From the NCBI GenBank assembly GCA_002633005.1, contig NMRA01000449.1:1-64000 (forward strand): a DNA stretch of 64,000 bases, in the 5' to 3' direction. Of the stretch, positions 13,672 through 28,498 are shown piece after piece. Position numbers and translations under genes: made by a program. The DNA is from Phoronis australis. Lineage: Eukaryota; Animalia; Phoronida. Positions within the stretch are counted from its first letter, which is position 1; each line of letters starts with the position of its first letter. Under the pieces are notes generated by a model that made no database searches, was not told where the DNA came from, and saw only the letters and a program-made list of their open reading frames with translations.

Positions 13672-14924
13672 TAAAATGGTGTTTATTAGATTCTAACTTG
13701 AACGTTTGTTTCGAATGCTAAATGCAATTTACAATTGTTAAGTTTAAAAGGAAATTACTATTTAAAAGGAACATTGAGCAAGCGTGTTTTTACAAAAGTT
13801 GCGTCACGTAATTGAAAGTTTTAGGCACGTAGAGATTTCTGCAAAAAAGATCGTTTATACACTTCATGTGAGAAAAACCCTATACTAGGCTTGCCGAGGG
13901 ATTTTGACGAAATTTCCAAGAAGTTTTGCCCCATGTCATAAACCTGAGACGAGTGTAGGGTTCTCTTTATGTCCGATCTTGTTTCAAATTTTCGTTCGAC
14001 TCGGGAGAAATCCTATACGACTTTCGAACCACTGTCTATACACGTCACATACACGACCTCAATTTAAAGTCGTACGCAAAAAATTTGAGTGCGCAGACAA
14101 GGCTTAACGGTGTTGTACAGGAGTAACCCAACGCTTCTCTTAGGTTAATGAGGGAAAGAAACTTTAAGTCAACTGCTGTCTCATCAAAAAGACTGACGAA
14201 TTATCGATTGAGTCGCGCGTTAATTGGGCGATAGACACAGGGAAGAAACAACATGACAATAAACGAAAGCACAGCGATACGGAAGGAGGAAAGTACACGT
14301 AATCTTTTAAAGCAGCAATATGTCCACTTTCCGTCGAAGAAACTAAATACAGGTTTAGACCATTTTTCTCTGTATATTAGTCTTAACTTTCTTGATATTT
14401 CGTTACTCCACGAGACCATTCTCGATACAACATGGAAATGCCAGTTCTTTTCAAACAAAGAAATCGCACCTGTTTTGACAAAGGAACAATTTGAAAACTG
14501 TAAGAGGTCAAAATCAAAAATTGTTTCTTGAGACGGAAGTGGGACTCACGGCAGCTTTAACCCCCGTCTAAACATTCCGAGTTTTCGTATAAAACTTGTA
14601 TTCGACTGTAGTATACGATTAACCAGAGTGTGTAGACAGGTATTCCGACTCAACGCTTCGAGCTAAAAAGTAGTATACAACTTATCGATTGAAACAGAGT
14701 ATGTTCGAGTTCAATCCCATTTTTGATTGACACAGGAGAAGTCACATGCGACTTATGGACGACTGTCGACCCAGTCCAATTGTTGATACAAAGTAGCAAA
14801 TTCGGAGTTTTTAGGCGGGGCTTTGAATGGCGGCACATTTGTGGAGAACAGAGTGAAGCAATGTTAGAGCCGTTCGCGTTTAGTAATTTTGTATCAGTAA
14901 TTAGAACGGAACATCGCATCCTAC

Positions 14925-15020
14925 GTTGAAACCCCTCCATGCCGCTACACGAGGTCCCATTTGTTGAGGCGAACACGGTGACGTTTTTGTAGCACCGACT
15001 CCATGCACCCATTGGGATAT
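14925..15020 (-). CDS. Claudin-superfamily gene, exon 2A (extracellular loop 1, variant A)
   Basis: Acceptor ttttatttcag|AT and donor CAAC|gtagga; 96 nt, phase 1-1. Reads DIPMGAWSRCYKNVTVFASTNGTSCSGMEGFQ(H), carrying the GxW..C...C signature and sequons NVT and NGT. Confidence 0.85.
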
Positions 15021-18000
15021 CTGAAATAAAAATTTGGCAACAGTGAAACTCGAAATACATATATAGTCTCACGACACTTCGACAGGAAACGATGACATGC
15101 AGTGCTCATGCGGTACATGCTTATTTCTGGTATACGAAGTGAATGGCATTTGAAAAACGTCTAACAATATCGTACGCCTGATGGGTGTCCACTGTACGAA
15201 TTAGTTGACCGAGTACTTTGAGATTGTCACAATAAAATTGCCATTGTCGCAAATACGCTCCCACATTTAAATTTTGTGACTCCTTTTAAGTATTAAAATA
15301 CTTTTCTGTTCCATTCTCAGGGTATGGACAGTTTATCAATCACCATTTCTCAACGAGCATGAGATTTATGAATGAGGAGCAGACTTTTCCTGAATAGAAG
15401 CGTAAATTTTATAATCATATCTGGAAAGGGGCTATTGTTACTAAGCTGGGAATTAATGAAACTCGCAAGTTGCCATGGATACTAAAACTATATCGCGTGT
15501 TGAGCAATCGTTGCAGTGGTACATAAAAGTACGGGTGCGACTATTATCAAGGTATTAAAGTGCTTTACAAATCTACAGAAGGCAAACTTTGTTAATTGAA
15601 GAACCGTGTATCGTAAAACCTATGCCATCAGTTGTTAGAAATGGCAGACGATCAAAACAAATAGCATACGATATTACCAGTCACTGTGAATTATGGTATC
15701 GTGCACTCTCACACATACAGAAGATGTTCAGCACATTTTGCCTAAGTCTTCAATTTGCTGTACAGTAACAAACGTACCGGTAACCACTCGGCCAAGGATT
15801 TTATCGCTAACGGGTAGCGCGGCACGCTGGATTGGACTGAATACTCGGATCAGTGATTCTGGGGATGTGATTTGGTCACTTCTGTTAGGAAAATTACGAT
15901 ACAATTTTGAAAACAAAACGACTAAGTCTTCAGAATTTACTCTTTCTCGACAACGTTAAATTACGACCAGTGCAACAACTATATTAGAAATAACCATAGC
16001 TGTTGTCTTTTTAATGCATTTGTATTTTTGCTCAATCGCCGGTAATTTATCAGGTGTCCTAGGCGCTTAACCTTGGTGCTACGGCACTTAGCCTACTAAA
16101 ACTATCGATGGTCATGATATTCACAACTTGCACACTTTAGTGGCGATATATAAAAAAATGCAATGCAAACGTGAAAGCGCGCGTGTTGCAAACATGCAGA
16201 ACCATGATTGTAGTTTGGACACAACACCTCGTTCTCAAGCATAATGGCGAATTCGTGCAATTGGCTAAAGACCAGCTTCGCACCTTGACAACATGTTTGC
16301 CTGTGTACTAAAAAGAATTAATTTCTGCACTACCTATCGAGGGAACTTAAAATTTGTTTGAAAAATGCAGCCACAGCTCGGGTCTTTAAAGAATTGCGCC
16401 TAAGATAACGTAAGGTTTTAATTTGGGATTCATGTCGGTAACGAATCATTATAATCGTAGAAACGCTTTGACTCCCTCTGAAATTCTCTCAATTTGTGCC
16501 AGCCTACAATGAGCTGAACACAACCGCAAGGGTGCACTGTCGTTTCACGGGAGATGTCGAGTCTTCAAACGGTACGCGCACACTGTCTAAGTCTGGTGGT
16601 GACTGAACAAAAGCTTCGGAGCTTTTATAACAGAGGTCACTTAGAGCACGCTTCACAAGAACTGGTGAATTATAACAAAAGTGAAGAGATTTACACCCAC
16701 AACAGATAAAACCGAAGTCAACGATTTTTCCGTTCTTGCTTTAATTTGACGACTGAAACTATGAATGGAAACAGGAAGTTTATCGTGTAATTAAATTATC
16801 GAAAGCACAAACCAATACGTTGCAGTTAAATCAATACTCTTAATTTTGTTTTAGGTTTGTAGCCGATTGGTAAAGTTCATATTTACTCTAGGGAGGCGGA
16901 AATCGTATTGAAGAGAAAACCGTCGAAGGAAATTCAAGTCAACAAGGATAAAATGATTCTGTGGCTTAGTTGACAAGATCACCAAATCTATGTCGTCTCT
17001 AAAGATGAAAGGCAAAGAGTACTACCTGCTTTAAGATCCATTCATTTATTGTTCCACATTTGTTTGAGCGACAGCAAAATTCAGATGTTTCGTGGACAAT
17101 GTATTAAACGATTTAAAATTAATGAAGCTGTCGAGTGACCTTAATATATTTTTCTGAATTATTTTCGCAGTCGCGAAACACTTAATTTGCATATGTACGC
17201 TTCCAACCCTTTCTTCATCAAACTATTTACATATCCTTATGTATAATATATAGCAATAGCATCTACAACATCCGACAATGTAAAGAATAATGATAAATAC
17301 ATGCAAGCTTAAAGAAGAGTAGCCCCCGACTTTCAATATCAATCAGAATTTTGCTGTATTACGTAAAGTATATTTGTCACTTGATTTCATGATTTTTCTG
17401 ACAACATTTGTAACATTTTGAAAGCAAACAGCAAGCAAATTAAATTTATGTCTCAGATCAACGAACAGCGGGTATAATAGCAAAAATGACACCCGTCCTC
17501 AAATTTCATCCAAGTCGCATTGTGGGCATAATCTTTCTTCAAGTCCCAATTCAATCACAGGTGATCGTTTGAGCATATAAAGTGTGTGTTTTTTGTAAGG
17601 AGGTAGCGTGTAGTCCTTGCACGTAAGGTTTGAATTGAACAATTTATAGTTTTCTAACTTACAACAAAATATAAAATCGTCTTCTCAAATTTGACTCTAT
17701 ATCTGCAATGTAGTCTGAAATCAGACAAAAACGACAATTCATCACCAACACCCTAGGAACACCCCGCAATTCTATAGCCAAAAGAAAATGGTAATCGTTT
17801 TATTTAAAAGTGTCCAACAATCTCTCTATTTTCTACCATCTCGAACTAAAGGTTATGGCATACTTAAACGTATCTACTATTGTGTCTTTCAGAGTTTAAA
17901 CCAATATTTTATCAACCTTGCCATTCTATGGGCTCGCATAGTAATTCTTCGTAACTCCCCGTGAGCTGTCACATCCACCGCATTTCTGCTTACGCTGTAG

Positions 18001-19484
18001 AGTACGGACAGATTTGATGAAGAGCACCAAGCACGTGTTACGTAGTGTCAAGCACGTGCAGTCCGTCAGCCGTGAAGCGAATGCGGTTGAAGAGCTAAGA
18101 ACAGAGTTCGAAAGAGCTAAATAATGGTCTATGAGAAAAGAACTACCGCACATCTAGTAAGAAAAGAGTTGCGCTAACAAGAAAAAAACGCCGTTAACAA
18201 GAAAGCCCGTGGAAGACGTGGTGGAGAAAGATTGTGTACCCTGTAAACCCGTGTTTCACGAATTACTCTCGATAATTGAGGAGCGAAATCTTCACTTAAG
18301 GAACAGAATTCAGCATTTCAACCTCGACAACCAATCACTTCAATGGCAGCCATTGGGCTAACATAAGCTACTAGTTAAGTAAGGTACCGAGCATACAAGC
18401 AAAACACCCCTCTCCTTTCACTCGCGTGATCTTGCGCGATCTTGCACTTTCGTGAATTTCTTACGTCTACGGAACGTACCATGGTTTGATGCACAAGAAA
18501 TTTGAAGTGCTCTGTTCGCTTACTGATTTTGCCACTATTCCTTGTATTGTTTACCATAAACGGAGCAGTAAGGCAGCAAGTTCATTTGGTGTCAATGTTA
18601 CCTGGCCACAGTAGGTAACATCGATGTAGGTCTCATACGCATGTGGATATCGATTAAGTTTTAATTAGGTGTTATTGTACACACGCAAATCTCGAGAATT
18701 CCTCAGTAAATACGATTTGCCATATGGTGTCAAGTATGTACCGTTGCCTGAGCAAATAGTCGCGGCGGCTTGGACACGACTACTTATTACGAACAACACA
18801 TCAACCACATTCAATCGATGGTAGTGGTGAATTATTTTTTATTAATGGTTGAAATCTTCGTTAGACAAAGAGTCCATATTTAACGATTAATAATTAACAA
18901 TCTTTATTTCGACGTAAACGTCACACAAGTTATGGATTAAGTGAAAACCTCAAGACAGTATTCTCAGAAATTCATCAAGTGTACTCACACCACTCATTCA
19001 ACTATTCATTACATTTTGTAGCCAGTTTGAGATATGACGCCATGCACTTAGTCAATCAGAGTAAAGTTTGAGCCAAGGATTAGAGAGTAATGGAAATTAA
19101 TACGTATTGATAAATTCGCAACTTATTGCCATGGAAACTAAGTGACATCACTACCAAACTACACGATTCAAGGGCTGGACTTGATGTTGATGTTAGCTTT
19201 GTTTGTTGCACAATTTTTGTTACAGATGAATGTTGCTCATACAATGATCACAAGAGGTATTTCTATCAAGTGATGAAGGCCACAGACAGCAAAATAACAA
19301 ATCCGCTGCAAAATTTTGAACTAGTCATGCGTAAGGGAAAGTTTTGGCCACAACATTTCAGATCAACAACAAAGGCTATCAAATATTGTGCCTCCCATAA
19401 TGTAGTTAGTTTATGTTCGACATGTGCACCGGAAAAATAATAAAGTGTGTCGCAAGCTCTGCTTTTTTATATGTTCATGTATAT

Positions 19485-19637
19485 CATGGGCGGAGCAGCC
19501 CTAAAAAGTAGGCGAGGGCTAAAGCCCCCCAGCCCCCTGTGGTGCACCGACCATAGACCATGGGCGGCACAGCACTGAAAAAAGTAAAAAAGTGGGGCTA
19601 TAGCCCCCCCCCAGCGCCCTATGGTGCGCCGCCTATG
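19485..19637. mobile_element. Tandem pair of mini-MITEs, CATGGGCGGC family
   Basis: Reads catgggcggagcag...ggtgcaccgacc then catgggcggcac...ggtgcgccgcctatg, with the 5-bp flank tatat on both sides. A minimal relic lies at 54887-54918. Confidence 0.65.
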
Positions 19638-19663
19638 TATATGTAGTACCTATACATATATAC

Positions 19664-19677
19664 ATGTGTGTGTGTGT

Positions 19678-19715
<38 letters not shown>
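19664..19715. repeat. (TG)n microsatellite
   Basis: Directly visible. Confidence 0.97.
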
Positions 19716-19718
<3 letters not shown>

Positions 19719-19983
19719 TATGTCTGAAAGGTATGGGTGTCATAGAAGTCTTGCACCTATACATACGCCAAGTAATTCAGCTGATGTTTTTAAAAACTTC
19801 AATAAAACTGGTTTTCATTCTCATTCGCATCAACCTCTTTGTCCAGAATTATCTGTCGGTACACAATGTTTAACTGTGCACCCACCCAAAGGAATTCGTA
19901 CTTATAGAACGAATACGTACATTGCATCTGAGTTGCCAAAACCTGAACAATGTGTACTGTGAGATGAACCAACAGAACACTAT

Positions 19984-21082
19984 CAGCCGATTTCATAAAG
20001 GGGGTTTAACTTTTAGACCAGTGGTCTAGTAAAACCTGGTTTAACTCCAGTTTAGACCTGGTCTAAATCAGTTTTCAGTTCACCAACGAGGTCTATATTC
20101 TTTAGACTTGTACTAAGATCTTAAACCATGTTTAACTTTAGACTTGATCAGACCCAGGTTTAACTGTTAAATATGTCAGACTTGCATGGTATAGGTACAA
20201 CTGAATGATGCCGCGGAGTGCATTTGCGACGCAGTTTTAGAGCGAAAATGGCCTATTTTCAATATTCAGTTTTACTATGACACAAGATCAAACTTAGCAG
20301 GGGCGGATCCAGGATTTTTAAAGGGGGGGGGCGACGGTCAAGGACTTTTTGAAAGGGGGGCCAAGTCAACAATTTGAAAATTATAGATTTGATATCACTA
20401 AAATCAAAGGAAAAAGGGGACTCCGGACCCCTTGACCCCCGTGGATCCTCCTATGCGTAGACCACTACTTGCTGGAGTGTGTCCTGCAGATTTCTCAGAA
20501 TACAACTGGTCGAGCAAGGCGTCATCGTCGTAAGCGCTACGGATTTGACTAAAGACAACATCTTCTGATTCTTCTGACTGAGTTCCACCTCCACTGTTCT
20601 CCGATATAATGTTGCCAGGAAGAGGTCTTACCCCCTTTGGCCGCGGAAAATAAACACTAAAATGACAAGGATATAAATTTGGGCATTTAACATGTTACAT
20701 CTAATCGGAAGCATGTTCTTTAATGTGTGTGTGTTGGGCACAGAAATTAGTTTTCCTCATGAGAAAAGCTTTTAGATATTTTTCGTAAAGGTCTGTCCTG
20801 ATTCTTCTGGTGTATGCCATTGTATACCCACGTGATCAAGGTTTCATTGAAGCACTTCAATAGTTTCTTTGTTGGGTTTACCCAGCTCGACACATTGGGG
20901 TGCCTTTGATACTTTAAACCTGGTTTTACTGAACCAGCTCGTTGGTCTAGCAAAACCAGGCTTTCAGACTTTTAAACCATGTTGGTGAAATGCAAGTTAG
21001 GTCTAAAATTAGACCAGGTTTAGGAAGACCAGGTTTAAGTCTGAAACCTGGTTTTGTTAAACCACCTTTATGAAATCGACTG
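19984..21082. mobile_element. ~1.1-kb non-autonomous DNA transposon (possibly Harbinger-like) with a nested MITE
   Basis: TIRs are cagccgatttcataaagggggtttaac and gttaaaccacctttatgaaatcgactg. Subterminal arrays of aaacctggt/agaccaggt motifs occur at both ends. Confidence 0.75.
20298..20455 (+). mobile_element. MITE, CAGGGGCGGATCC family
   Basis: TIRs are caggggcggatcc and ggatcctcctatg, with flanks cttag/cgtag. The internal sequence is the reverse complement of the copy at 58489-58649. Confidence 0.75.
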
Positions 21083-22882
21083 TAGAGTTGTTGTATAGAC
21101 TCGACCTCAAGACGGACAGTTTTAAGAATTCAGGGGTTCATTAGATATCCACAGCACCAGACATGGTATTTCTTATAACTCAACGGACCTCACCCAGCCG
21201 AAATGGCATAGAACCATTTATTTTATTTTATCGCTTATCGTACTTGCTCCTGCATACAGAACTATATAATGAGTGTGAATGTAGATAGCTCGCGGGGTCT
21301 ACGATGATATCCATTTTAAATTACACCACAGAACGCCATATTTTAATGCTGTATGGAAGTTACGGTCTGTAGAACATTGCTCTAATTGTATCCACTTATC
21401 ATCTTTTCAGGCTTATCACGTTGCAAAATGTTTCTTTCCTATTTCATTTCTATCCAAGATGTTACAGTGACGGTGTCCTCCGAATGACGCTTGAATGTCC
21501 TTAGGGCCCTTTTGATAAGATTAGATAATTTGTTCAGCGTTCACTTGCCAATAACGATTGATCCAAAAAAATCACATGTGAATGCTCGTCTGAGGTCTCC
21601 TGCCTTGTCGTACGCCCCCCAAATCAGAACACATGGCTGATACTTTACATTGAGAAAGCTTCATTCCAATGGTATAAAGTGTGGCTAAGCTTTGATCGCG
21701 CAAGATGATCGCGGGTGATTGGCAAGAATATTAACTTTTTGAAGTTAATGTTGTGGTAATTTCTCGCAAAACTTGAAATTATGCCTTTTTGAATGCTCAT
21801 TTGAAGAATGTGATCTATCTTCTGACCAGATGTCCTGTAAACCTTGTCGTGAAAATTCCACATATGAACATTTCCAAGTGATTGACGTCGTGCTATTGGA
21901 GCTTCGGTGTACCTACTCGACGACTACTATTTCAAAATATACATTGCTTTGTAGAAGCGTATACTACAATCAAATTGCGTATGCAAACGTCTAAAGGCAG
22001 TTACGAAGTCGCCGAGGACTCAGGAGTGTGACAGGCAGGGGCTTAAGCAATATTTAAATGGACCCCCTTCAAGCAGATTAAAGCCATCGCCCGCCCCGAA
22101 TGCTTCAAGAGATAGGCGCTAACTTTGATGAACCAATACGAGTACTCATATGGAAAAATAGACTATTGGGCGGAAATAATGTCTGAAATAAATGGCGTAG
22201 GAATTGACCTAGTTAAAAGAAATTAAAAGGTAATAAAGAGCTGTTAGCAATCTGTAAAACTCCCACGTTTAGGATGTTAAAAGTGATGATATGAATCTGA
22301 AATGTCATTCATTTACTTAATAGTACATGTACTGTAGATTATTGACCTATCACGGTAGCTGGGTTTCAAAATTAATATACTTGCAAAAAATCGAAATTAA
22401 AGTCAGTGTTATAGCTTCGGTAAATTCAGAAATGATCCCTGGAAAGGTTAAAATAATGGGAGAATACAGGCGAAACTGCAGTCAATTAAAAAGAGTCATG
22501 GTATTACTGGCAACAGCAAACATTAAAGCAGCATTGAACGCGTGCCTCCTGTCAAGAAATCAAGTTTTAATTAAATTCAGACCGCTTATCGTTACAAAAT
22601 GGCCTGATGTTGCCGTGACCTTTCAGTTCATGTGCTTGGTCTGAAGAGGTAACAAACTGACAGTTCCTTCCAAGCCCCAAAACAGCAACCCTTGTGACTG
22701 AGGAACAATTTGAGACCAGTTTTAAAGCAATACGTGACCCAAATCAAAACTTGTTTTTTGACAGAAAGTACGGGTTTAGTTCCACTTTATGAAAAACTCG
22801 AGACCACGTCTAAACTGTCCTACTCCCATATGTGCGTCACATACTACACAAGTAACATTTTTCAACACAAGCAAGCACTTAC

Positions 22883-23078
22883 CTTTCACGACCATCCAAT
22901 TTGACGATTCGATTCCAATAGATCCAAAGACGAGAGCACATAATCCGACCAAGAGACCTGCGCAGCGGAAAGGCTTGTAAACTCTCGACTCACGCATCAG
23001 TGATTCCTCGGCAAAGAAGCGAGGATCCGGATCGTGGTCTGGAACTTTGAATTTTAGAAAATTTTTCATGATTTTCAT
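22883..23078 (-). CDS. Claudin-superfamily gene, exon 1A (short N-terminus plus TM1)
   Basis: ATG at 23078 and donor AAAG|gtaagt. Reads MKIMKNFLKFKVPDHDPDPRFFAEESLMRESRVYKPFRCAGLLVGLCALVFGSIGIESSNWMVVK, with the conserved W after TM1. Exons 1A+2A+3+4 total 687 nt (228 aa plus stop). Confidence 0.85.
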
Positions 23079-23254
23079 GAATACGACGTTACAGAACTGC
23101 TGTCACGTACGGAGCATGGGGAAGCAGACGGTGATACACACTTGAGAACCTGACAAGTCGCCGACAAACATATGTCTCTAACGCGTATCGACGTTCGAGC
23201 GTACGTGGCTGGCAGATAAACACCACATGACGTGCAGGCTGTCAAACACAAACA

Positions 23255-23310
23255 CGGCGACTGAGCCAGTCATTAACGCGCGTGGGTGACTGGTTCAGAT
23301 ATACATAAAC
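23255..23310 (-). promoter_or_regulatory. Candidate internal promoter for exon 1A (initiator TCAGTC)
   Basis: A TCAGTC match to the TCAKTY initiator consensus lies at 23259-23264, about 185 nt upstream of the exon 1A ATG. There is only a weak TATA-like tract, so this is a motif-only call. Confidence 0.25.
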
Positions 23311-26300
23311 AAACGATCGAATCATTTGATATAGCAACACGTATAAAGAGCCGAACTGAGCACAAATCACAATTGCCGTTCAAATAGTTGACCAGAACCA
23401 ACTGTTCGTTTCCGCGTGACGCGGCGTGCAATTTCGAAGTCCCATGTACAAACAGTGTGCGATGTAGGCCGTATGACGAAGAACAAGCAGTGATGCGCAC
23501 AGGTTTCTCATAGCCGTAACAGAATAATTAAAATTACCCGCAGGTAACTGACCTCGATACATATACACCTGCATATTGCAACGCGCTTGCCTTGAGAAAC
23601 GTGTGATCCATATGTTTTCACAAGCCAGATCTGTGTTCACTCGGCAGTTCTTTTAAAGAGGCGCTAGTCTCAATTTTGGCTCATTAAAACCTTCCAGACT
23701 GAAAAATATAGATTGTTCTGTGACCTCATTAAGTTCCCAGAAACAACTGTGATAAGAACTTCCAATGTTTATGAATTGGAAATGACTCGGCTGTCGATCG
23801 GTTAGAGAAGAAAAGGTCAGCCTCAGATATAAAACTAACTAGTAGGATGTTCCTTGAGGCGGGAAGCACCGTTAAAACAATTTGAGCGCTGCTTCGGTAA
23901 CATGATTATTAGCTTGGGACATTCTGTTTCACTCCAATGTTAATTGTCGATTGTTTCGTTTAATTTTGAGACGCGTGAAAAAATCGAGTCGAGAAACAAG
24001 ACAATTTAGCACATATTCTCTTCAAGATGTGGTCCGAATGGTGCTCATAGGTGTGGGCTTTTGAATTCATAAACATCTCCATTGTTTTTTGTTACGTAGC
24101 AATAGACTATTTTGACCTCAGTACCGCAGCAGCGAGCAATACAACTTTAACGACGTGTTTAAACTGTCTTGAGTGGTCTAGTTGTTACATGTATTAATAT
24201 TTTTTTATAATAATAATTCACCAACTTCCGTGCACTGTCGTGAAAACAAACAAAAATAAATAGCTAGACAGGTAGCATCGTGCGAGGCAGTCAAATCACG
24301 GCTGCAAAGATTTAACTTGTGGAATTTGGATTTTAAAATGTTTATTTTTTAAATGTATACGGTGTCCGAATCGTTACAATGGCTGCACTTGACTTCTGAT
24401 TGGGATGTAAGCCGGAAATCGTCATCCGATGTCTTTACCGCTTGATCCGGTTAAGCTGATGCAGCAAGTGTTACACGCAGATGTGGGTGCCCATTCTTCA
24501 ATTCTTTGTTGATATTAACACACAAGTGTCTAGTTCGAGGAACTATAATTTCATACAGTTTTATGATACTGCAGATTCTGTTGTCATTTTTGTATTGAAC
24601 AAAAAGCAACCGTCACTGAAGTTCACCCAGCGAAGGAAACCATTGTCACGCGTTGTCATAACAACTGTGCACGAGCGTCAGAAGTGTCTGACAAATGCCT
24701 GTTACAGCTTGATAATTATATACACGAGTTACAGAGCTCGACTGTCCTTGAAATGATCGTTTTGTACAGCTAATCATGATTGAAGACGTTTCATCGATTT
24801 ATTTCAAGAGACAAGAGCTCCTCACAGCCCGAGTAGGGATACATAGAACGATGGTTTGTATCGAGTGCTTGCAGCGTGAATGGAATGGTCCGGTGCATGT
24901 CAAAGCTGTGAACTAAAAAAGCTTAAAGGGACACAATTGGTTTACGGGCGGATAAACGCATTTATCACATCTAGGTTGGTTAGGATACACTTCATGAAAT
25001 TGGCTTTGACCAGACCTACAAAACAGAGCGTCTGACTGCGACTGCTGAGGTCGCGTGGTAGGGTCCTTCTTAAATGCACAACACTGTCGCTGATAATGCC
25101 CCTTCAAAAGGAATTTCTATACAACAAAAATGACCTAAAGCATTACACCCCAAACATGCAAACATGTGTGTGAAATTAGGCCAAAAAGCACTTTAATCTC
25201 CTGATTACTGAGGGCGGCACACGATAGCTTTGTGAGCCACGGTCGAATACTCATTCACCAATTTCATAAAAATTGGCGCCAGCTGGGTTGGCTGGGCATT
25301 TTAACTGTTGTGCTGCATGTGAATACTACGAATGACATTTGCTTGATTTTTGAGTCTGTTTTGAGTGAAATAATGCCAATTGTTGATCCTTTGCCTCACC
25401 TCTTGCTCAGTCGTGACTTTTCTGAAACATTTACTCCATGCAAGCGAGAAGTTGAAGTTTAGCAGAGAACTCAAGCACCCTTCAGACACTTCGGATTTGA
25501 AAAAGTCTGTCTGACAGGCGCCAACCTTTCACCCGTCTTCTATAATCTGAAAGGTTTTGGCAGTATGAAAGCACTGTCTCTCATTTCGTAGTAACTGCAT
25601 GCGAATGGTGGAGTTGGGATGTATATGTAAACTGCTCATTTTTTACTAGCCCTCTTCACTTGAGGTAGTCGTAAAAGATGAGAAATATTATTTTTGAATC
25701 GATTTAATTGGACGTGTAACGTTTTTGAAGTCTTTGGCCAAGTATACTCTTTACATTTTCAGAAACAAAAGGGTAGAGCTGAGCTGGTCACTGCGTCAGT
25801 TGTAGACAGTTACGAAACATCTCCCAAAGAGCGCTAATTAGGTTGAGCCGAAATTCTCAACTTCAAGGCTATTTGTAGAAACCAAGTTAGCAGCGGGGAG
25901 TCTTACCGTTGAATCAATCAAGGAACTTTATTCGATCCACGGAGTCAACCTGCGATGTGAGAAACGTTAACTCTCCGTATTAATTTCACCTCTTAACCTG
26001 AGCCAAAACAATTGTTTTCAAAGAGGGCGTTGCGTGGGATTTGAAACTAATATGATCTAGCTGGTGTCTGTAAGTCACTAAACGCGTAATTTTTCTTTAT
26101 TAACGATGTTCAGTATTCCTTCGAAGTGATGGACATTTATCAGTTTAAGCCTAGGGCAAACTATTGTTGCAGAGATATCAAAGTTTGAGCGCAGTACAAA
26201 GATATTGTTGCAGGGCTACATCAATTTTCATCGAGGCGCAAGCACTTTTAAAGTCGCTGAATCCTTGTTTTAACCATTTTTGATTGGGTTTGAACTCTAT

Positions 26301-28498
26301 GGAATTAAAACTAGACAAGATTTTACACGAGTTTTTATAAAGTTTTGGAAAGGTTTCACACACCCGTTGACATCATGGGCACTGTTTCAGAATTTTCTGA
26401 GGACACCGATTTCGGCGATTATTGTTAGAGAATGCAAGTATACGCGGCTTTGGGGATTTTTTTCTGCCGGATCAAAGATAAAAAAATCGCTTTGAATTTT
26501 AACTCGGGTCCAGCACATTAAAACTGGATTTCACTTTGAAGAGCAAGAGTCGGGTGAAAATTCAGAGATGCCGGCTTGTTCATTAATAATTCGTGTGCAA
26601 TTCGGGTGGCATAGACGCTTTTACGAATTTGGGCAGAATTAAAGTTTACTCGAACCGATCTACATGTACTTTGAGGGAGAAAGAGGAAAGTGTAGGACAC
26701 CACCGCCTAGCTCCCATCCATGCATAAATCACAAACCCGACAGGTCACGACATTCACGAAATACGAGAGCTAAATGGCACGACATGGTCCACGAACGTTC
26801 CGAACACGTCCTGAATAGTGTCTCGCTGGTTCCCTACGTGCCTAGGCAGCACGCGCTGGCTACCGACCACCTAGCGGGACGCAGGGAACCGGCGAGGAAT
26901 AGGGTTCGACCGCTAACGACCTCCAACGATTGTGAGCCGAACTAGCCGGCGCAGACTGAAGCCAATTAAATTTAATTCAGGGTTACATTTCGTAGTCAGG
27001 ACGCAAAAATTTCGTGAGTAAAGCTTGTGTGATCAGGCTCTTCGCTTGTAATGTATAGTGACATCTCGCGTGATCCTTGGTTTTCTCGAGTTTCTTACTT
27101 CTACGGAACACAGGCCGACTTTGTCGTTAGTATCAAATCAAAATATGATCATCTAAAAAACATTCGCTAGCCCTCGCGAATCACCCAACAGTAGCTCGTT
27201 CAATGTTATATGCAGTATTTTTACACTGTTTCTTAAACATGTACCGTGCGCAAATATAGCTACGAGTGTAAAAGTAAATTTGAATCGCACTCGTAAGGTG
27301 AAAACGATATCCGTACCAAGTACTCGGTAGATTTCGAAGCGAAGAAGCAACACAAGCAACCGTTGCTATTAAGGAAAATACTCCTCTGGTACAGTAGCAC
27401 AGTCCTGGATAGAAATCTCATTTGTCCTGGAGGTAGGAAAACGCTTTGTGACATTAGTCTTGTTTGTCTTGTTGTCGGACTGATTTTAGAATCATGTTGA
27501 AAAATATCGTATCCCCGGCCACTTCACAAGTTTATCAAACATTCCGCCATCGGAGTTGCAGCACTTGCACTCAGCACAACAGTAAGACATTGCTTGTATT
27601 GGAAGGTCGAATACAGTTAACGCAGTGGAGACAAAGTTGAAAAAGAAAGGCACCTACACGTAATATGCAGAACTACAGACAACTGTTTGACGGACGTTGC
27701 AGCACGTTTATAACAAAATACACACGGCGTAAATATAAATTGGGGTGTAAATATACACTTGGCTGAAAACTCCATGGACTGGGCTTTAGTAAACTGAATT
27801 TTCTAAAACTCGTGGAGGCCAACCAGAATGCACCAGAACGCATTCGCGTACGTGACTGTGAAACCGGGACATGAGGGAAAAGAAAGAACAAAATGTGACG
27901 TACGTGGCTGTTGATTAATCAGCCACCTATCGGGAACGTGCGCTGAATTACGGCTTAGGAAATTCCGACCTTACTTGATGGTTGTAACACGAGTCTAATG
28001 CACATTCTCACGTTGCGGTGTTAGTCGCGTTAAGGGTTTATTGAATGTTAAATCTTAAATTCTGTACGATGCAAAGTTAGCTTAGAAGGCGAAAAACGAG
28101 TGTTCGTAGGAATTTCAGCGTTTCCCCCCTATAACGTGGGAACACTGGAAAATGGTTCATGAGAACTACGCGTTTGGATTCACAGGAGATTTTCATATGA
28201 CTGTAGTGGACCCTCATTCAGAAAATACTGGCATGTCCAAATTCCCCAGAGCTTGTTTCAGTCAAACATCCCGCAAGATGAGTCTACAATAAGCTCCGGA
28301 ATATATAATATCATCCTTCCATGCACTCATTGTTTCCTCTAAACTTTATCAACAGAAATATCCACATCTTTTCTTGCGTATTCTCTCGTTCAATGAAGCA
28401 TTCGCATACACTCACAGGCGCATACACGTCCAAGCACGTAAAAACGGCGCGCGTTCTCTCACAAGCACACACCGTCCTACACAAAATAGCTGCCTTAC

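Noticed and set aside
17926-18153. Possible extra exon (minus-strand acceptor and donor; plus-strand coiled-coil-like peptide)
   Set aside because: It has a stop in the phase required by the tetraspan gene and no recognisable homology in either orientation.
26860-26965. tRNA or tRNA-derived SINE
   Set aside because: There is only a loose B-box-like motif, and no cloverleaf could be folded.
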